DNA of 54,553 nucleotides from Atractiella rhizophila (Eukaryota): NCBI GenBank assembly GCA_021432655.1, contig MU271369.1, positions 25,495 to 80,047 of the forward strand, read 5' to 3'. Shown piece by piece: positions 46,086 to 54,553 of this stretch (position 1 is its first letter; each line of letters starts with the position of its first letter). The notes under the pieces were generated by a model. It saw only the letters and a program-made list of their open reading frames with translations, ran no database searches and was not told where the DNA came from. The position numbers and the translations under genes were made by a program.

Positions 46086-49000
46086 TTAAATGTCAGAAAA
46101 CATCACTTTCCTCCTCTTTCCATTCTGCTCTGTCATAGAATCGACCTTCTTCGCATTTTGCGTCTCCCCAATCTTGGATTGATCATTGACAGGAGGAACA
46201 TGCCATTCTGCTCTCAAATCGTGGGTCTCTGCCTTCCGTTTTAATACCCCTCTTCTTTTAAGCTCTTCGATTCTAGCTTGTTCCTCTTCTCTAGAGTCTT
46301 CCGCTTTCTCAAGCTTCGTCAGTAAGGACGCAACCAGGCTGCCTGAAGCAACACGTTTGTTCCCCCTCTCTGTGACTAAAGCTTTATTCACAGCAGGAGA
46401 ACGTGTAGGTAACGGCGCTAAAAGCCGTTGGAGCTTGTAATTCGGCTGAGGAAGGTCTTTGAGGTCCCCAGACATGGTAGGACCGGACAGTGGGGCAAGT
46501 AGACTAGCTGGTTCGTACTTTTGAGTGGGGAGGTCCTTCGGATGACGAGGTGAAGGTGCAGAGAGTGGAGCCCGAAGATGACCGCATTTGTACGTTGGAA
46601 GTGTTGCGGATCGATTCTGGAGCGAAGGATAGAGGGACGGTTTGTTGAGAGTAGTGAAGTGGATCTCTCGGCTTCGTTGTGGAACCGTTGTAGATGATGC
46701 CATGGATGGACTGGCTGTGGGCTTTCGGACAAACGATCCAATAAAAGAGAATAAGCTCCGCGATGGGGTAGCTGGAGGTGGGGCATCAGAGGAGGCGGGC
46801 AGGTCGGGAGTGCTTTCCTGTTGGCTAAATGTCTCAGACCTAGAAGCTCCACTCGTGACGGAATCCTCCTCCGCTGCGTCTTCTTCTCTCAAAATCTCTC
46901 GTTCCTTCCCTTCCTCCTCCTCTTCGGATTCATCAGCAACCCCAACAGATCCTCCTTCGTCCTCCTCAACACTTTCGCTATTGTCATAACTTTTCATCGG
47001 ACTCATGGTGCTCCTCATGCTGGTGATCCCTCCCTTCAACTCACGTGCAGCTGTTCGTCGAGCTCTGATTGCCGTGACTCTGTGTAACAGAGTGTCCCTG
47101 CAGAAGAGCTCAGAATAAACCTTTACCAGAAGAAGGAAGGGTACCAAGCCCAGGCATCGACACATTCTTCTCTCTTGACCGCTTCCTGCTTCAAAAAAGC
47201 TTCGATTACCCTCTCGGGGTGGACTGCCAGGCTTCGATCCGTCGAGTTACGGATAGAAACATAGACATCTTCTAGTCTCCTCCACTCTTCCTTACCCCAT
47301 ACTTCGAAATCAATCACGATCGTCGATGTAGATGATTCCGCAGATTCGTGAGACTTGGCTGGAGCTGGAGAGGTACGAGCCCTAGCATCTGACGCTGGCA
47401 GCACCGTACGATACTGAAGCCGCGTAGAGGTTGATTGACCCTTGTTCTTGAGGCGAACATGACTGCTTGATCGCTCCAACTTTGAGGACACTTCCGCCTC
47501 CGCATATTTCAATAAATCACCCAACTCTTCTTCATCCAGCTCATTGCCCCAATCGTTGGGTATGTCATTTGGTTCCTCAATAAAACCGTCCTCTCCTCTA
47601 GCCCTAACTGCGGCTGTCCATCCTTCTTCAATGTATTTGTGATGGACCTTAAGTATCGCTGCTGCTCTCGCCGCCGCTCTGGGATCTGTACTAGAAATTT
47701 CAATGATGGGAAATTCACGCTGTTGCTGAGGGACAGGAAGAGGATGAGACGACGAGATTCGGCGGATGCGCGACGATAAGGAGCTATTGCTACTAGCGGA
47801 AGGAGATTGCGACTTTCCTCCGTTTGAGGAAGACCCAGCAAGTAAAATGGGAGATGGGGAAGTTGAAAGCCTGGGGACGAGGCCGCCTGGCGCAGTTTGT
47901 GACCTCGATCGCTCTCCCAGGACATGCTGCAATTCATCCGCGAGGTTCTGCCGCAGAGCATGAGGGGTCTTCCTCCTCCGTTCCGCAGACATAGGGACAT
48001 TGCTCGAGCTAGAAGCGGCGACTAGAAGTGGTCGAGATTTATCACGAGCTGCTTGAGAAGCACTTCGAAAAGCTCGTCGAGGCGATGGGGACTGTCCCAT
48101 TTGTAGACGTCCTTTGATAGGCGTATTGAACTGCTCAGGTTGGACAGGGCCGGAAGGCGCGAAGGAATTTTCGGTAGCCTTGTGCACAGTGGTGGTGGGT
48201 AGGGCAAAAGTGAAGTCTAGCTCTGAAGGTTCTTGTTCCCCTCCTGAGACTCCTTCATCGATGGGTAGCCTCATTCTGACAAAGTCATCTCGTGGATCTC
48301 CGTCTTCTTCCTGCGGAATGTTTTCCAAATTGCGATCAGGAACAGGAGGACCGTCTAGGATAGGCTCGCGACTGAAATTCAGCTCTGAAGAGCATTCAGG
48401 GGAAACAGATCGACTTTCAAAATTCGTGTAGCTCGCGGCAGACTTCGTCCGGGTTTTAACCTGGTCGGATTCAAGCCTCTGCTCTGCCGCTTCTTCTCGA
48501 TCTCGATTTTCGTCCTTTGATTGCGCAACACCCAATAAACTTTGCTCTTCACTCTCATGCCTATTGGGATCACTTGTGTTGAGCTCACAATTGGAGGAAG
48601 AAGCACGCTGAGTTACGGCGTGGGACAAGAGTCCATCGGGTGAAGATGGAGTGTGGGCTGGCGCCTGTAGTCCGATTGGAGTCTGCGATTTCGTGCCTGA
48701 TTGATGGCTGGGATGATGGGGTTGTCCATCAGCAGACGTCAATTGGCTAGGGAGAAGTTGGCTTTGGAATTGTACAGCTCGTTGACCTGACGGTGAGAAT
48801 GTAGCTCGCGGTGCCTCAGGAGGGAGAGCTGGGGTCGGTGATTTGAGTACAGTAGGCGATCGCGCTCGTGGACTGCAGTCGAAGTCGTCATCACTGTCCG
48901 GTCCAAAATCCGGAGCGAAATATTGTTCTGTAGCGGAGGCTTGTCTACGAAAGGAAGTTGCTTTCGCTTCGAACGAAACCGAACCACTTGGTCCCTCATC

Positions 49001-50012
49001 GAAATCGTCCTGTTCGGCGAAAGACTCCAGTGGGAAACGACCGGGGAGAATTGGGGAATTGTAAGCAAGAGAACCGTGACGAGAGAGCGGAACTGAGGAC
49101 TGTGGCCTCCCGCCAGAGTACTGAAATGGTCCCGTACTGATGTAGCTCATCGATCGCATCGACCTTGTCTCAAGAGATTTAGTCCAATCTTTCCCTTCCC
49201 CTGACGCCCGCTTATCAGCTCCCCCTCGAAGCAGGAGTTCATCTTCTCCATCAGACTCGATGACTATGCGCGTGCGACTCTTGGAGGCATCACGAAGCTT
49301 CTTTTGGCCAGCGGCTCTCCTGGTCGTTGATTTCTTGGTGGTAGCCGACAGGGCTTTTTCCGTACGCGATGGCTCAGGTTTGATGGAGGATGACCTGCGA
49401 GAAGCAGAGGTCGCAGGAGGAGCTATAGAGGCAGAGCGTGACCTTTCGATCAACTGGTCTCTGCTCACAACTGTCGCAGTAACGTTAGAAGCTCTCGGGC
49501 TAGACGTTCGCTTTGAAGAGGTCTCCGCTACCAATCGAGACACAGAGTTAGATTGTGATTTCTGAAACCGTTGTCACCGATAGTTCGATATTGCAAAAGT
49601 AAATGTGCGTTACCTTGGAACGCGCTGTCTTTACACTACGAACAGACGATCCTTTTCTCGCTTCTTCCCTGCGATTTTCTTGCTCCTCAGAGTGGCTCTC
49701 GTTGAGGGCTCTGGCAGTGAATTCCTTTGCAGTATCCGTGTTGAGTTCGAAGGAGGCAGAACCCTGGCTAGTGGGCGGTGTGGGGATGGCGTTGGTGGAC
49801 TTCCGTGATGCGAGTGACGGACGGTAATCAGCGTACTGCTGACGTGAAACAGACGGAGGTGATGGGGATGGTGTGGGGATGGTATTCTGCCTCTTCGTTT
49901 CGAGAGGTACCCGCGTTGAGGACTTCGGAGCTTCGTTCTGATGGGTTTTAGATGGTGAAACTGTTAAGGGCCACTGGGAGTATGGCTTGTGCTGCAAAGA
50001 CAAGTCTGACAT
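46086..50012 (-). CDS. Large (about 1250 aa) Ser/Pro/Arg-rich, mostly disordered protein of unknown function (3 exons)
   Basis: Three long consecutive minus-strand ORFs (154, 806 and 359 aa) joined by canonical short introns. Ordered islands PIIEISSTDPRAAARAAAILKVHH and WGKEEWRRLE...AWAW|DTLLHRV. Confidence 0.8.
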
Positions 50013-51153
50013 CCCTCGGACAGAATGTTTAGCGGGAGCAGCAAGGATTCTGGACTCATGAAATCGTCAAAATAAACACCCTATTGCACAACGACAAGCA
50101 GAATGCTTACAGAAGCCCTGGTTATGTCGTTCACTTCGCTTCTCCTAAATGGCAATTCCCCGTAACTGCTAAGAATTACCCTTCCAGATGCCCTGAGCTC
50201 TTTCAGACCAGCCTCTTGTTGATGATGGTCGTTCATCCACGCCAACTCACAAGTCGGATCCGCTTCTTCCGTCCATCTCGCGTCGTTTCTCACGTGACTT
50301 TGACAACGCGGCTTTTGCTTGATAACAATACTGATGCTCTTCTCTCCTCAATAATGAACTCAGCAAACTTAATCGTCAGATGATTTAGAGGGTCGGAAAA
50401 AGTGTATTGAGCGTTAGGGCTGCTTTAGGAACGAGGATTACAAATGTAGGAAGTCATGTCGTGGTCGCAGCCGCTTCACAATTCATTGAATTCCCAATGG
50501 AAATAAATATTAGGGCTGTCACCAGCTGAGAAGGCACGTTAAGTGTGGTTGATATTGTTTGAATGGAAGAACGGTCGAGTACACAACTTCATATTCTCGA
50601 TCAGTCAATGTTGTGAAAGCCCTTTGACTCTATCCCATGTGGCATCCCTAGGACAGGTGGACAGTGTCATCAGGCTGGCCTCAATCCTTATGTTTACGGT
50701 CCTGTGAAACGGGTAGGGCCAAAAGGTGTCGATCAGATAACAAATGCACTTCCTCCCTCTGTCATCCTTGGGTTCGACACTCAGACCATCCTTACTGCAT
50801 TTAATGTCAATGCAACCTACAAAGGACCTCCAGTCCTTCCTGACCAATGTGCTGTAAAGACAGCAGAATTTCGGTAGGTTACGAGATACTAGGCAAGAAC
50901 AGCAGACAGTCTCAACTCCACCCTCAAATATGGGAGAATTCCTGCTTCAATCTAACTCAATGCAGAGGATGAAAACTTTGAAGATAATCGGTGCATCTGA
51001 CTTACGAGTTCTCAGCCAAAGCTTGAGTGTGAACGGTCTGCGAGCTCAGGAGGTTGACTAGTTCCATACAAGAAACGCGATACAAATCTTTGCTGAAATT
51101 CAATCAAATACACAGAGATTCTCTACATCACAATATTCTCTTAATCTCCAGGC

Positions 51154-51643
51154 TCATCGGAGCATTCCACCTCTCAAGGCCAACACAAGGTGCAGCACTG
51201 AGCCAGCTTCGATGTTGAAGTCTTTGGCTGTCTTCTCGTCCGCCCTGAAGAAGTTTAGAATTGTGGTAAGCACATGTTCCTCTCACGAACCCAGCCAACC
51301 GCTCCTCAACACACTAGAATAAGGGATTACGCACATCTGCTTTCCTCCAAAAATCAACCTCTGCTGAGCGGGCGGTATACCCTCCTTCTCCTCCACTTTC
51401 TCTTTAATCCGTGTGATCTACGGTGCGATCATATGAGCTTTAGAAGAAAGGAAGTCTATTCTTACTTTATCGGATGGCTCGATATCGAGCTCAATCTACG
51501 CGCAGAGTCAGATGGAGATTCCAACGAATAGGACGCGTGACTAACCTCCTTGCCAGTCAGCGTCTGGCAAATGACGCAAATGACGGTTAGTAAATTGCCA
51601 CTGGGTAATGCGAATGCCAGCGTACCTTGACCTTGATCAACAT
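51154..51643 (-). CDS. NEDD8: Ubiquitin-like protein NEDD8/Rub1, 5 coding exons (51643-51626, 51563-51546, 51495-51466, 51417-51335, 51244-51154)
   Basis: Spliced translation [79 protein letters not shown]. That is 76 aa to the di-Gly with Ala72, which is diagnostic for NEDD8 versus ubiquitin. All introns are GT-AG. Confidence 0.97.
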
Positions 51644-52839
51644 ATCTAAAGCTGTGAGGAGGTCGGGTAGAGTGGTGGCGCGTAAGGTATTCGTGGTTTG
51701 GTTTGGTTTCTTTCGGACGGAACCTTAGTTGGAACAATGTTATTGTAATGTACAGTTCGATCATGCTGCAAGTCAGGAATTCTCAAAGTGCAACCATTCT
51801 GAAATTTCTTGAAATTCTTGCTGAAGGCTCTTATCTACCTTCCCCTTCATTGAAGACAGGCACTCTGACTAGTTCCCATTATTGCTTGACATGTCCCCAA
51901 CGCATGAGAAATATTTATGATAGGACAGATTCAAGCAGATCCAAGGTGTGTTTACACAGTTTAAAACAAAACTCATTGTTCGCCTGGTTGTTCTCTGTGG
52001 ATTTAATGCGCCGAAGCGGCCCTTGATCCGTTGAAACTGTACTTCAAACTCATGGTGAAGCCTGCTGGATAATTTCGTGCTATTCTGTGCTCAAGTGCGT
52101 GATGAGAAGTCCGGAACCAGCAACATGATGTACTTTGCTTGTCTTGACAGCTGGAAGTGCTTTCTCGTGCACTCTGGACTGGAGATTTAGTAGTCTCTAG
52201 TCTTCGGACACAAGCATTACGGTTTGTCCAGTAGTTTATCAGCCAGCATGAAAGAGAAAGCTTCAACTTTCAAGCGGTCAATGTGCAGGATCTTCATTCA
52301 GCCTGCTACTCAATTGCAGCACGTAAGTCGGCTCCCCTCCATTTCTTGCAAACTCAAACATGGAATACTGTAACCAGGAGCTGCTGAGTTTTGCTTCCAA
52401 TCACCGTTTCTCCCACTTCCCTTCAAACACATTAAGTCCTGCCCACAATTAAGCGATAAGGTGGAGTTATTTTACTCAGCGTCCTTCCCGCAAACTCAGC
52501 TGATAGACCAATAAGAACCAGAAAGCAACGCCTTGCGTAGCTCGCCTTTGTCTTTTTTTTTCGGATTCGCTGGTGGTTGTGTCGTTTGCTCCCGGTGTTC
52601 ACGGCAAGGCTTATCAAGGAGACAAAAGGACGCAAAACCCCGGACCAAGATCGCTGCTGCGAGGGAAGGTCATCTCGTGTCTTTTCGGCCGGGCCAGTAG
52701 GACCGTTCCACTGAAAGGCCCGCAAGCCGTGTGCTCTGCTGCTTCTTAAGGGAGTCTCCTCTTTTGTATTGTTCTCGCCTTGCTGCCTCTTCGCTGGACC
52801 CCTTTTTCTTTGCTCCTGCTCAATCGCCATTCAACTACT

Positions 52840-54312
52840 ATGAAAAGAGGCAGGAAACAGGTAAGTGGTTAATCCCAAGTGTGTGGAAGTGAGATTTTGA
52901 CAAATTCCTCAGGACGATACACTTCCGCCGTCTGTGTGTATTTCATAATTTGGAAAAGAATGCATTGCTGATCAAATACTCTTTCAGAGGTCGCGAGATG
53001 TTCAACGGGCATTCAGAGCTCGAAGGGCCGCTTACATTGCCAATTTGGAGCAACGGGTGAAGGAGTTGGAGGAGGAGAATGCAGCCTTGAAAGCAAGGGC
53101 GGGGGAATCTGCGTTAGTTTTCCTTCATCAGAGCAGGTGGAGCGGACGTTCTGACGAAGCTCCAGTGACCAACCTTCCTCTTCTCACGGCGGTCCCCAAA
53201 TTTTGCCGAATTCTCCATATTACCCATCCACCGCAAGCACTTCAGTCCCACCAAGACGAAATACTGTTGGTGCTTCCCCTCCCACGCCGAGCTACATGGG
53301 ATCCAGCTCGTATTACTTGCCAAACATCAGTTCCAGCCTCCCCGCTTCATTCCCGTCGTACAGTACTATGGACGTCTTCTCTCCATCTATCTCATCCCCC
53401 ATGCTCGATCCCTACAGCTTTTCCAGTAGCTTCCCCACAACTGGAAACGACTCAGCCGCAGCTTTCTGGTGCACCCACTCTTCACCCACAAGCGCGAACC
53501 CAAAACCATATTTTGACAAGGGAGCTGCATCCTCCTCCCGCCCAATCCTCGTCGCCGATGATTCCCCACTCCCTTCCCTCACGTCCCCTCGTTTGTCCAA
53601 TTCATCAGAACTGCCGCAAACGGCGCAATCCACAGCTCCCGGCGTTGAGGATTTATGTCTCAACATGCTGGAAGAAATGCAAGCGCCGAATACTGCCTCC
53701 TCGTCTGATTCCTCCTTGAAGGTGAAGCAGGAGGAGGCGGGAGAAACCCAGGGGACATCATCATCGAGCAGAGAGGAGCAATTCAACCTTGATAGCGATA
53801 TCTCTCCAGAACAACGCGATCAAGCCCTCGCGAAAAGCATCCCCCAACCTGCCCAGTTTTATCCCACTTGGTCTTATCAAGCTCCCGCTGCTCCCTTCCA
53901 AACTCCTCCAGTCCCTCGGTCAGAAGCGCCAACTACCTTCGTCTCCTGCCCCCTTGCTTGGTCAATATTTTCCCAGATTCACCTCCCTTCGAGTATGGAG
54001 AAAGCCAACGGACGCTCTGACGTTCTTTCGCAGCGAGACGTCGGCCTCCTCTTCAACGCCATCGAACAGATCTCTTTGGCAGAGCATGAAGGTGCAGCCA
54101 TTCAGGCAATTCAGAACCTCATTAGAGAGGCAGGGAGCAACAATGACAGCGCAATCCTCTTCGCGAAGGGCTTCATCCGTCAAGCGGGCGAAGGCATCAA
54201 GGTCTCTGTCAGGTTGCTTGACGAAGCTCTGAGGGCGATGGGATGTAATTCCGTGGATTGGGCAAATGTTGGGCGTTACGGGGTACCTTCGATTGCGACT
54301 AGCCGTTATTGA
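52840..54312 (+). CDS. bZIP transcription factor (Yap/AP-1-like basic region at the extreme N-terminus; 4 exons)
   Basis: MKRGRKQ|DDTLPPS|RSRDVQRAFRARRAAYIANLEQRVKELEEENAALK, then an intron into the 369-aa Ser/Pro-rich ORF ending at 54312. Confidence 0.88.
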
Positions 54313-54553
54313 TTTTTCAGTTCACTTTGCTCAGCTGTTATTCGATTCTGCAATTTCTCTTAGCCGTTTCTCGAAGTTCTGATACCAGAAGTACGTTGAT
54401 TGCTTCGCGATCGCTCCATTATTGTGCGTCTCAAAACCTTCATCGGGATTTATGCTCCAGTGTACCACAAGCCACGTCTGTAAAAGTAGGCCCATGAAAA
54501 AATGATCTTTAGGAGCTACTTATTGCGAGATAAAAGTACAAGTCACAGAAACC

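Noticed and set aside
52095..52200. GTGATGA box-C-like motif suggesting a C/D snoRNA
   Set aside because: There is no CTGA box D at a suitable distance and no terminal stem.
1..54553. CRISPR arrays, rRNA, prokaryotic operons or a secondary-metabolite cluster
   Set aside because: The sequence is eukaryotic and spliced. No repeat-spacer array, rRNA-like segment, PKS/NRPS or tailoring-gene cluster is present.

Overview
Gene-dense, intron-rich fungal chromosomal DNA. Introns are mostly 45-65 nt with GT/GC..CTRAC..YAG signals. The gene set looks basidiomycete (possibly Pucciniomycotina), which is inference. About 22 protein-coding genes can be assembled by eye, mostly housekeeping: DUF836 glutaredoxin-like (partial), MTG2/Obg, a CaMKK-type kinase, YAE1, MRF1, NUP120/160, a TRIC-like membrane protein, a SUT/SLC45 sugar transporter, RPE1, MON1, FYV4, HSF1, 3-hydroxyacyl-CoA dehydrogenase, CUL1, a fatty acyl-CoA reductase-like protein, a YLR345W-type PFK-2/FBPase-2, EXO5, a LYR protein, EPL1, a large Ser-rich unknown, NEDD8 and a bZIP factor. 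There is also one intron-containing tRNA-Trp. Highlights: (1) a complete antisense gene for a 113-aa secreted protein, with its own TATA box and 5'-UTR intron, is nested in a 1.25-kb first intron of the PFK-2-like gene; (2) a diverged 1.12-kb tandem duplication of RPE1 omits exon 1, so one first exon precedes two intact gene bodies; (3) the FAR-type reductase has lost its YxxxK catalytic motif and gained a long disordered tail; (4) a NEDD8 gene built from micro-exons is missed by the ORF track and lies about 20 kb from its substrate CUL1. No transposase, CRISPR array or rRNA was seen. Gene spans include introns and were assembled manually, so no database search supports them.
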